Below, one piece after another: positions 53,401 through 60,369 of a stretch of DNA of 60,369 bases. Source of the stretch: Eubacteriales Family XIII. Incertae Sedis bacterium (GTDB lineage: Bacteria > Bacillota > Clostridia > Peptostreptococcales > Anaerovoracaceae); contig JAISNR010000087.1 in assembly GCA_031276135.1 (NCBI GenBank), positions 1 through 60,369 of the forward strand. Direction: 5' to 3'. The notes beneath the pieces were generated by a model, which saw only the letters and a list, made by a program, of their open reading frames with translations, was not told the DNA's origin and did no database searches. How positions within the stretch are numbered: position 1 is the first letter of the stretch; each line of letters opens with the position of its first letter. Position numbers and translations under genes: made by a program.

Positions 53401-56366
53401 ATCTCAACCTCAAAGGGAACGGGCGTCAATCCGAGTTCTATTTCCGTGTCGCCGATTATCGGAACGTCCGAAGGAACGGACAGCTTCAGGCTGTTTCCAA
53501 TCGACAGTTTTCCCGTTGTTCCCGCGTCCGAATAGGCGGCGGGTTCGCTTATTTTGAGTCCAAGCTTCTTTGAAACGGCGTTTCCGGATGCGTCGACGAT
53601 CCGCAGCGTCACGTTCTTGCCGGCCTCGAGTTTGTCGATGCGCATGTCCTTTCCGAAATCCGCGCCCGTCTTGCCCGTTATGACGGTGAGCGCGAATGAC
53701 GGAGCGTCGCTCTCAAAGACGACCTTGCCGGATTGGAGCAGTTGGTATGTCTCGATTCCCGCGGGAGCCGAAGCGTTCACCGAGATGCGCAGGGCGGTCG
53801 TGTTGTCCGGCGTCTGCGGGGTTTTCTCCGCATCGGACTTGAAATACATGGGCGCGGAAAGCAAATCTTTCGTACCCCCGAGCAACGCGGCGTCCGCCGC
53901 AAGGATGTGCGGTTTGCCGTCGTCGGGGCAGATCGCGACCGACGTCGTCGAACCCTTAGATACCATGCGCGTGTATTCTGCGCTCAGATAACCCTCTTTG
54001 ATCACGGAGATGCGGATGCCGTAAACGCCGGCGGGCAGACTTTGAAAGACCGCCGTGCCGTTTTTGTCCGTCGCGGCCGTCCCGCCGAGTTCCGCGATGC
54101 CCACGGTCGCGTTCGGCACGGATCTGTCGTCCTCGTCCGTCACGAGCACGGCGAAGCCTTCCGCGGGCACGGACGTGACGGTGTTCCCGCCGATCATGTA
54201 ATCCGCGTCGTTCACGGGGTTGCCCGCAATGCCCCGCTTTGCTCCGTTGTTGGTTTTGATTTGTTCACGGCCCGCATAACCGATTGTATAAGCTCCCCAG
54301 CTGTTGGCTTTTGTCCTGACGATGCTGTCGCACAGCACCGTGCAGTCGTTTATGTTAAATGAATTGGTGCTGTCGCCATAACCACAGATACCGCCGGCAT
54401 ACACAGCGCCGGAAGAAGAGGAAGACGATGCGGATATATCGCCGTCTGTGTTGTGGCAATTTTTTATAGTGAGTGGGCCTCTCGAATAATCGGAACCGTA
54501 ACCGCAAATTCCGCCGGCATAAGAAGACGCACGAGAGGCAAAAGACAGAACATCCCCTGCGTTTTGGCAATTTTTTATTGAAATGGAACCAGCCGGGTAA
54601 GTTTCGATTGATCCAATCATGCCGCCGGCACTCGCAGATGGTCGAGCAACGGAGGAAGAAGACAAAGTGGAGGCAGAAGCGGAAACCCTTCCCGAGTTGG
54701 AGCAATTGCTTATGGGGATGCCGCGGGATTTCCCCAAAATACCGCCCGCAAGGGAAGAATTGGCATCTTCGAAAGTGGCAGATGTGGAAGAAGATGCCGA
54801 AACATTGCCCGAATTATGGCAATTGCTCAAGTTAACAGGGATATCAATATCCGCATACCCGCAAATTCCGCCCGCACGGGATACGGAAGCATTTGAAGAC
54901 TGAACATTTCCCGAATTGTGGGAATTTTTTACAGGACCGTACGTGAAGCCGCAAATTCCGCCCGCATTGGATTCACAATTCCTATGCGAATAGGAAGCAG
55001 AGGAAAAAACATCCCCTGTGTTTTGGCAATCATTTATTGATGCAGCAGAGAACACATAACCGCAAACTCCGCCCGCATAGGACCCTTGATAGTGATTGGA
55101 AGAAACGATTCCCGCATTGTAGCAATTATTTACGGAACCGGAAACCTGGCCGCAAATTCCGCCCGCATAGCATTTGGAAGAAACATTTCCCGTGCTGTAG
55201 CATTCACTCACGGTATCGGCGGCGTAGCCGCAGATTCCGCCCGAATAGTATCCGGAAATATTTCCCATGTTATGGCAATTGCCCACATAACCGACAGTAT
55301 AGCCGCAAATGCCCCCTCCGTAGGCTGCGGTGGCCGAATTGGAAGAATAAATATCTCCTGTGTTTTTGCAATTGTTTACGGTTGCCGAATCGCCGGCAGC
55401 AATGTAACCGCAAATCCCGCCCGCATACGAATATGCACGACCGGAAGGTGTCGATGATGAAACAGCGCCTTTGTTGTGGCAATTGTTTATCGTAACGGAA
55501 CCGGAAGCGTAACCGCAGATTCCGCCCGCATGTGTGTATGAGAAATAGGAAGAAGGCAATAATGACAAAGATGCAATATCCCCTGTATTGTAGCAATTGC
55601 TTACGGTGGCGGAACCGGAAATGTAACCGCAAATTCCGCCCACATAAGAATGGTGTTCACCGTGAGAAGCGGCAGAGCACGAAGAAGATATGCTTCCGGC
55701 GCTGTGGCAATTGGTTATACTGGCAAAACCGGAAGCGACACCGCAAATTCCGCCCACAAAAATATTGGAAGATTTGGAATCAAAAGAAATGTCGAATTTG
55801 GCTTGCACGCAAACATTTTTTATCGTAACGTTTTTGGTGTAGCCGAACAATCCGTCATAGCCTGACCTGGAAGTAATTATTAAATTTTTGATTGAATGCC
55901 CCTGCCCATCAAACGTACCTGTAAAAGGAGCGCTTTTGTCCCCGATCGGAACCCACTCTCCGCCGTTAAAGCCCGCCAAATCGACATCGTTCATCAGCGC
56001 ATACGACCCGGCCGGATTGTTGCGCACATTGTGCAAATCCTGCGCGGTATAGATTTTAATCGCGTTCGGATCGGGCGCTTCTATGGACGCGAGGAAGCCG
56101 CCGACGGCCATGATCTGTTCCGCCGCCGCGAGCTCCCGCTCGAAGTTCGCCGCCATCGCCTCCAGATCGCCGATGAGCGTCGCAATTTCCGCGTCCATAG
56201 CCGCTTTCAATTCCGAAACACCGCTCGCGGCCATCGCTTCGATTTCGCCGCTTCCCAACACCCGCAGCTCATTGCCGGCATCGGGCGTTGCGAATGCAAT
56301 ACCCGTCGACAATTGCAACATCAACGCCGCCGCCAACAAAACACTTACGATTTTTCGCTTGAACAT
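50403..56366 (-). CDS. Giant dockerin-tailed surface protein, copy B (1987 aa, intact)
   Basis: Signal peptide MFKRKIVSVLLAAALMLQLSTGIAFA. It has the same module order as copy A:
- ~20+ GLUG-like Cys-containing repeats
- carboxypeptidase-regulatory-like fold
- Asp-box-like motifs SSDNENWS / SFDGAAWS
- CARDB-like domain
- InlB-B repeat
- C-terminal dockerin LGDVNGDNRIDMADATLVYRHHRGKTQLVGNNLLAADVNGDNAVNMADATLVYRYHRGKI. Confidence 0.85.
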   Translation of the reverse strand: MFKRKIVSVLLAAALMLQLSTGIAFATPDAGNELRVLGSGEIEAMAASGVSELKAAMDAEIATLIGDLEAMAANFERELAAAEQIMAVGGFLASIEAPDPNAIKIYTAQDLHNVRNNPAGSYALMNDVDLAGFNGGEWVPIGDKSAPFTGTFDGQGHSIKNLIITSRSGYDGLFGYTKNVTIKNVCVQAKFDISFDSKSSNIFVGGICGVASGFASITNCHSAGSISSSCSAASHGEHHSYVGGICGYISGSATVSNCYNTGDIASLSLLPSSYFSYTHAGGICGYASGSVTINNCHNKGAVSSSTPSGRAYSYAGGICGYIAAGDSATVNNCKNTGDIYSSNSATAAYGGGICGYTVGYVGNCHNMGNISGYYSGGICGYAADTVSECYSTGNVSSKCYAGGICGQVSGSVNNCYNAGIVSSNHYQGSYAGGVCGYVFSAASINDCQNTGDVFSSASYSHRNCESNAGGICGFTYGPVKNSHNSGNVQSSNASVSRAGGICGYADIDIPVNLSNCHNSGNVSASSSTSATFEDANSSLAGGILGKSRGIPISNCSNSGRVSASASTLSSSSVARPSASAGGMIGSIETYPAGSISIKNCQNAGDVLSFASRASSYAGGICGYGSDYSRGPLTIKNCHNTDGDISASSSSSSGAVYAGGICGYGDSTNSFNINDCTVLCDSIVRTKANSWGAYTIGYAGREQIKTNNGAKRGIAGNPVNDADYMIGGNTVTSVPAEGFAVLVTDEDDRSVPNATVGIAELGGTAATDKNGTAVFQSLPAGVYGIRISVIKEGYLSAEYTRMVSKGSTTSVAICPDDGKPHILAADAALLGGTKDLLSAPMYFKSDAEKTPQTPDNTTALRISVNASAPAGIETYQLLQSGKVVFESDAPSFALTVITGKTGADFGKDMRIDKLEAGKNVTLRIVDASGNAVSKKLGLKISEPAAYSDAGTTGKLSIGNSLKLSVPSDVPIIGDTEIELGLTPVPFEVEISEDGKIRFAVNRPEGTSLEKMKEDFKTFQKRIDATKAFGGTSFNAGPVKSLGADAMGYGEGFVDKHGNATINVGVAVRVSAGASYTQHFIVAVVPVYVSVGLKASLSGSAELRILIADGTPPYVSGGLGEMKPSVALNLDGGAGASGVLSVGASGRATLAWLHRFSDNYDNVSLTGEMYLFAEAFVFKAEKRILGGTWTIYDSNARSYASPLSAEDFDPCDSGAYKLMDRDYLQHTSPGALGLVTSPGAVESMLLASAPGSASAVFEYVFPNAMPELVRAGGNSYVFWLHDIPERTAENRTALVYAVSSDNENWSAPVQVLPESEASTADFNFDLAVVGNDIRIVWTKAKEPLGQGAGLDETAAAAEMYCAVLDTNTGSVSGVTALTNDAYADMTPAISDDGSLLAWSVNGLDGGDGLFGAGNAHFVAYAHTSNPGAVSRIPANAGATVSAVDAGTLGGVSCVAYAEDADGDPYTNGDGEIWVLNASNGVKTRLTDDEVADGNPRFGRVNGTPALFWHSGGDIKYTTDLTNVESVAGKNGPKAFGAGFALVPDEAGNSRIVWESTAEGEDGTSPRMSFYASSFDGAAWSLPHRLCDTESELTSSPNGFATGGTPVLVFLETKGIAGDAPLSSVKVARIEPKTDIALAEAYYDFDAVRPGGPLPLTLAIENRGSAAVDAIGVSADGNAVATINGAGLGPGETKEYVVDGFAVPADLAELRDFEISVLADSETELSDNARAVRIGYADLSVSATRLLSNGDDHANVIVRNLGGTETDAVLRVTADTPDGEVLYETELGAVSGARHRSLLINLTDLAEGNGTEAFCFAVESEKDELLTGDNTALVYIGMGAEDDYTLTVEAGPGGAAVGTRGGKYFEGDAIEISAKANPGYAFDGWSSSNGGDFEDASSPNTLFTMPGGDAAVIANFAALPYTLGDVNGDNRIDMADATLVYRHHRGKTQLVGNNLLAADVNGDNAVNMADATLVYRYHRGKITVFSISAH

Positions 56367-56414
56367 GGCCTTTCCCTTTTCTTTAATACGCGGTTCACAG
56401 AACTTGCATCCGCC

Positions 56415-59400
56415 TCAGTTTCCGCCCGCCGGGAAAGAATCGATCTTCCCGCGATGATACCGATAGACGAGCGTGGCGTCGGCCATGTTGACCGCATTGT
56501 CTCTGTTCACGTCCGCCGCGAGCAGGTTGTCTCCAACCAGCTGCGTCTTGCCTCTGTGATGCCGGTAGACGAGTGTGGCATCGGCCATGTTGATCACATG
56601 ATCCTCGTTCACGTCGCCGAGCAGGAAGGTGTCCGCCGTCGTCACATGCACGGTGGCGCTGTCGGATATCTCCGGATCCGAAATCGATGTCGCCATAACG
56701 GTCAATGTCGCGGCCGTTTCGTCCGCGGCGACCGTCAGAAGTCCCGCGCCTTCGCCGGTCGAAACGACGGTCGTCTCCGCCGATGTGTTTCCGGAAACGC
56801 TCCATGCGACATCTGCGGCCTTTCCGCCCTGCGACTCGTCCGTCGCGCCGAAGGCTTGCGTTCCGCCTTTGGGAACATTCGCTTCCCTCGGCGACACGAG
56901 GATGCCGACATCTTCTCCCTTCATCTCCACTCTGACGGGCAATACGGCCGATACGCCCGTTCCGGCCAAAGCGATTGTGACGCTCGCGTTGCCCGGCAGG
57001 TTGCCTTGGATGCGGACGATCGCCTTGCCGTCTGCGGAAACCCCGCCGACGCTTACGACCTCGGCGATCAAATCGAAGTCTGATTCCGCTTCGAGAAAGA
57101 CAGGATGCGTGGGGTCGTAATTTACGACGGTGACCTCGACCTCGATCGTCCGTCCGTAATCGACGGTTACGGCTTCGGGCAGTATAAGGGACAGAGGTTT
57201 CGTGTAAGCGGCGGTTTTACTTTCCGTGATCGCGCCCACATTCGCGTAGCTCAAGACGGCGGCGCCGCTTTCGATCGTGTAATTCCCGTTTGTCGCCATA
57301 TATCCGTCGTTGTAGACGAGCTTGAATCGCTTGGCGTATACCATGCCGTCGAGCGCGCTCTCGTCGTTCGGATAATCTAGCGTATAAGGTATTCCCGTCT
57401 CCGCCGCGCTTTTCAGCACGAGCGCATTCACGCTTTCGGGTTTCATGTACTTAGTGAACGCAAGCTCCGCGTATGTGTCGTATGCGTTAAACCAAGCGAT
57501 CTGCGGTGCCTCAAGCGAAACCATGCCGACGTTGACTTCCGTTTGCGGCGGCGGCACGGGCAACCATTCGCTTTCCGTAGGCGCGTAGCCCTCCTTTTCG
57601 AAGCGCACCTGCCACAGGCCCTCGGGCGTGTCCCATGCGTAGCGGCCGTTATAATCGGTATGCAACGGGTTGTTTTGCTCATATTCCGTCGAATCCCACT
57701 GTTGCGCCGTATCCTCACCCGGTTCTGTCCACCAAGCTGTAGCTTTGACGCCTTCAATGCGGTTTGAAGTAACCGCTTCATAAACATAGCCGGAGGGGTC
57801 GATTCGCCACTGAATATTTACGGAAAAACCTGCGGATTCGCGAACGCTTCCGTCCGAGGAGCCGGGATCCGGCTCGCTCGATCCGCCACTTGATAATTCA
57901 TACGGCGCCACCAAAACATAGCCGAAACTGCTCATTACTGTTTGTTTGCTTATCGATTTGTCCCAGTTAATAACGCAGTGGTTATCGCTGTTGCAATCGG
58001 TATACGTTATATTCTCCCCATTTACCGCCGTCACAAATATACTGTGACCTGCGCCGCTTCGGCCGCCGTAACGTATAATGTCGCCGGCTTTCAAGCTGTC
58101 GAGGTTCTCTGCTGTTTGCCATTTGCGTGCAATTGGTTCGCCATAGTAGTCTTCGGCTATTTTTTCTGCATACCCCATGCATTGTTGTGATCTTCCCGGC
58201 ACGTAAGTATTGCATGTTGATTCATTTAATTCATTCTTGTGTGTGGTGGGGCAAGGTTTATCCGTCGTTCCGTCAGGATTGTTCCCAACCATCCCAACGT
58301 GATTCCAATATCTCCCATGAGGAAACTTCTCTTTCAACTGTTGCAGGTTTAATGTGCCCGCAAGCAGCGTCGCGCCACCAGAGAGGGCAGAGAATTCTCC
58401 TATATTCCCATCTTCTGATTCACTGTGCCCTTGCGCATTCGCAGCATAGAGCAATTCTGTATTGATTCGTCGACTGAACCTCACATCTCCTTGCACATCC
58501 CTGTCATCGGGCAATTCCGCATCGAGGATCCTAGCGCTCGCAATGTTGTTCGGTCGAACATATTCAACGGTAAGCGTACCCGGCAAATAAGACTTATTGC
58601 CGAAATCGAAGTATCCGACAGCAATGAATACTTCCTTTTCCACGTCCCAAAATGCTTGTATGCGCCTTTTATCATTTGCTTTCTCACTGCATACAAATAC
58701 CTCTCGTACTGCGTCCGGATTCGAAAAATTGACAGTAAACATCCAAGGGTTATTGTTCGAGGTAAATACAATCACAGGTTTCAAACCGTTCAGACTGATT
58801 AAATCGAATTCTCTTTTATCGTAAAATAATTTGAACTCGCTGAGTACGGGGGCTTCATAATCATAAATCACGTCTTTCGAAGCCGTTATCGGTATATCGC
58901 CGACGGATACGACCGCTTTGATTGTGTATGTTGTTTTATCCACGGCATTTGGAATGGTAATTTCTGCGGAATAGCCACCTGCACTGCTTGAAGTTGTCGC
59001 GGTTAACAAAGTGTCGCCGACATAAATCGACACATTTGTTTTTGCTGCGGCAATTCCCTTGACCGTGAACGTCGGCGAATTAACTTCGTCATCTGCCGAA
59101 ATGGTCAACAGAGGGCTGTCCTCCATGAGGACTCCGATAATGTCTTTAACGCTTGTGCCGTTTTTTGTGCATTCGAACGCAGCATACGCATACAACGCTT
59201 CTGTGTCAGTCGGTACAACAGAAACAAGTATCTCGTTTTTGATCAGCACTACTGGCACTGTAAGCACTCCGGTCGAAGGATTGAACGTATAATCAGTGTT
59301 TGCGTTCCCGTTTACAAGAACCGGCGATTCCGTTGTTGCTAAATTCAGATTGCTTGACAGCTTAATTGTGACTTTGGAATTGCTTACATTTTCAAGGCTT

Positions 59401-60369
59401 GTAAGCCTATAATTCACTTTGAAGATAATAGTCCCCGTTGCATTAACACTGCTGTAATCTCTTGTAAAAGCCGAAAGCTCCCGATTGATTAAAACCGATG
59501 GCAGACTTGACGGAAGATTTGGGTTGACTTCAACAGTGATCCCATTGTCAAGGGCATAGACGGTTACCAATGAATTTCGGGGCGCGATAAATTTTACTTT
59601 CGGCGAGTTTGCAAAGACGTATCGCCCGGTTATTGTGCAATAGCCCGCCTCAAACGAGACTGTTTCAAGATTGCTATTGCCGTAGAACGCATAGTCGCCG
59701 ATTGACGCCACGCCGCTCGGTATCGCGATGCTTTCGAGCGACGCGCAACCGTAAAACACATAGTCGTTGACGCTCGCGAGGTTTGCGGGCAACTCGATCG
59801 CAGACAGCTTTGCGCAACCGGAAAACGCATAATCGCCGATGTCGGTCACGCTCGGAGGCATCGTCACGCTCGTCAGATTCGAGCAACCTCTGAACGCATA
59901 CGGCGAGATGCTTTGTACCCCGTCGCTTATCACCGCGGACACAATGGAACTTTTGTACGCCTTCCAAGGCACGTTCGTTTCGTCGTAATTGCCCATCCGA
60001 CCGAAGCCCGCGACGCTCAGCGTTCCTGTGTCTTCGTCGAAACTCCATTTGACGCCGAGCTCCTCGGCCTCGTACTCCACGATGCCACTGAACCCTTTCC
60101 CCGCATATCCGCCCGCCGTGCCTTTCGGCACATACGCCACGGCCACCGACGGGATTGCGTACGATGATATTGTCGGCGCGCTCGCGCCCGTGAATATCAT
60201 TTCGGCCAGCTTTGCGCAACCGGAAAACGCATAGCCTCCGATGTCGGTCAACCCGCTTCCGAGCCTTGCCTTTGTCAGGTTTGCGCAGTCGGAAAACGCA
60301 AAATTGCCGATTGACGCCACGCCGCTCGGTATCGCGATGCTTTCGAGCGACGCGCAGCCGGAAAACGCA
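56415..60369 (-). CDS. Dockerin-tailed surface protein: BspA-type leucine-rich repeats + Ig-like region + papain-like (CHAP/NlpC-P60-like) domain + Big_2 + dockerin; the 5' end lies outside the window
   Basis: The frame stays open to nt 60369 (..AFSGCASLESIAIPSG|VASIGNFAFSDC..). LRR units read IGDYAFSGCAKLSAIELPANLASVNDYVFYGCASLESIAIPSGVASIGDYAFYGN. A Cys...His pair lies in QQCMGYAEKIAEDYYG...GDIIRYGGRSGAGHSIFV. Big_2-like VSPREANVPKGGTQAFGA...LTVMATS. Dockerin LLGDVNEDHVINMADATLVYRHHRGKTQLVGDNLLAADVNRDNAVNMADATLVYRYHRGKI. Confidence 0.75.
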   Translation of the reverse strand, partial: AFSGCASLESIAIPSGVASIGNFAFSDCANLTKARLGSGLTDIGGYAFSGCAKLAEMIFTGASAPTISSYAIPSVAVAYVPKGTAGGYAGKGFSGIVEYEAEELGVKWSFDEDTGTLSVAGFGRMGNYDETNVPWKAYKSSIVSAVISDGVQSISPYAFRGCSNLTSVTMPPSVTDIGDYAFSGCAKLSAIELPANLASVNDYVFYGCASLESIAIPSGVASIGDYAFYGNSNLETVSFEAGYCTITGRYVFANSPKVKFIAPRNSLVTVYALDNGITVEVNPNLPSSLPSVLINRELSAFTRDYSSVNATGTIIFKVNYRLTSLENVSNSKVTIKLSSNLNLATTESPVLVNGNANTDYTFNPSTGVLTVPVVLIKNEILVSVVPTDTEALYAYAAFECTKNGTSVKDIIGVLMEDSPLLTISADDEVNSPTFTVKGIAAAKTNVSIYVGDTLLTATTSSSAGGYSAEITIPNAVDKTTYTIKAVVSVGDIPITASKDVIYDYEAPVLSEFKLFYDKREFDLISLNGLKPVIVFTSNNNPWMFTVNFSNPDAVREVFVCSEKANDKRRIQAFWDVEKEVFIAVGYFDFGNKSYLPGTLTVEYVRPNNIASARILDAELPDDRDVQGDVRFSRRINTELLYAANAQGHSESEDGNIGEFSALSGGATLLAGTLNLQQLKEKFPHGRYWNHVGMVGNNPDGTTDKPCPTTHKNELNESTCNTYVPGRSQQCMGYAEKIAEDYYGEPIARKWQTAENLDSLKAGDIIRYGGRSGAGHSIFVTAVNGENITYTDCNSDNHCVINWDKSISKQTVMSSFGYVLVAPYELSSGGSSEPDPGSSDGSVRESAGFSVNIQWRIDPSGYVYEAVTSNRIEGVKATAWWTEPGEDTAQQWDSTEYEQNNPLHTDYNGRYAWDTPEGLWQVRFEKEGYAPTESEWLPVPPPQTEVNVGMVSLEAPQIAWFNAYDTYAELAFTKYMKPESVNALVLKSAAETGIPYTLDYPNDESALDGMVYAKRFKLVYNDGYMATNGNYTIESGAAVLSYANVGAITESKTAAYTKPLSLILPEAVTVDYGRTIEVEVTVVNYDPTHPVFLEAESDFDLIAEVVSVGGVSADGKAIVRIQGNLPGNASVTIALAGTGVSAVLPVRVEMKGEDVGILVSPREANVPKGGTQAFGATDESQGGKAADVAWSVSGNTSAETTVVSTGEGAGLLTVAADETAATLTVMATSISDPEISDSATVHVTTADTFLLGDVNEDHVINMADATLVYRHHRGKTQLVGDNLLAADVNRDNAVNMADATLVYRYHRGKIDSFPAGGN

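Noticed and set aside
37027-53573. Long plus-strand ORFs opposite the minus-strand surface-protein genes:
- 37027..39903, 958 aa
- 39940..40956
- 44472..45782
- 45900..46754
- 48204..50393, 729 aa
- 51624..53573, 649 aa
- 55896..57083
   Set aside because: They are antisense shadows of genes with recognisable signal peptides and cohesin, SLH, dockerin or GLUG modules. The products are Arg-rich and low in complexity, and no RBS or independent support was found.
1-60369. A search by eye for rRNA, tRNA, tmRNA, riboswitch-like leaders, toxin-antitoxin pairs, restriction endonucleases and known defence systems.
   Set aside because: Nothing was recognisable. The hairpins at 32.4-32.5 kb do not fold into a cloverleaf, and the methyltransferase has no adjacent nuclease gene. 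A covariance-model scan (Infernal/Rfam, tRNAscan-SE) and DefenseFinder/PADLOC would be needed to exclude these properly.

Overview
The window has two parts. All domain and family calls come from reading motifs by eye, with no database search, and GC statements are visual estimates.

(1) nt 1 to ~32,500 is a visibly GC-rich block encoded entirely on the plus strand. It reads as the conjugation, mobilisation and accessory modules of a Clostridia-type integrative conjugative element (ICE), and the window starts inside it. The conjugation genes are:
- VirD4/TraG coupling protein (3' part)
- Maff2-like protein
- VirB6-like membrane protein
- PrgI/VirB3-like protein
- VirB4 ATPase
- M23 + NlpC/P60 cell-wall hydrolase
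- DUF4315/DUF4366-like proteins
- a sortase
- a 2136-aa repeat adhesin
- topoisomerase III
- MobC
- a MobA/VirD2-type relaxase

Interspersed cargo comprises a SpoVG-like protein, a large C5-cytosine methyltransferase and several hypothetical proteins. No integrase of this ICE lies in the window.

(2) nt ~32,500 to 60,369 is compositionally mosaic and mostly encoded on the minus strand. In coordinate order it contains:
- a hairpin and short-repeat cluster with a 3' fragment of a tyrosine integrase
- an SLH-domain membrane-protein gene split by a complete IS21-family element (istA/istB, terminal inverted repeats, 6-bp target duplication)
- a same-strand cluster that looks like a non-cellulolytic cohesin-dockerin surface-display system

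The display cluster has three large dockerin-tailed proteins. Two are ~2000-aa paralogues built from GLUG-like repeats, Asp-box, CARDB and InlB-B-repeat modules, and one of them carries an in-frame TAA. The third is a BspA-type LRR / papain-like / Big_2 protein. There are also two cohesin-like + 3xSLH anchoring proteins, a strongly AT-rich polytopic membrane protein, and a decayed dockerin fossil.

The most interesting leads are this cohesin-dockerin-SLH locus, which has no recognisable carbohydrate-active module, and a conserved C-terminal tail shared by five unrelated ICE accessory proteins, which may be a T4SS export or docking tag. No rRNA, tRNA or CRISPR array was recognised.
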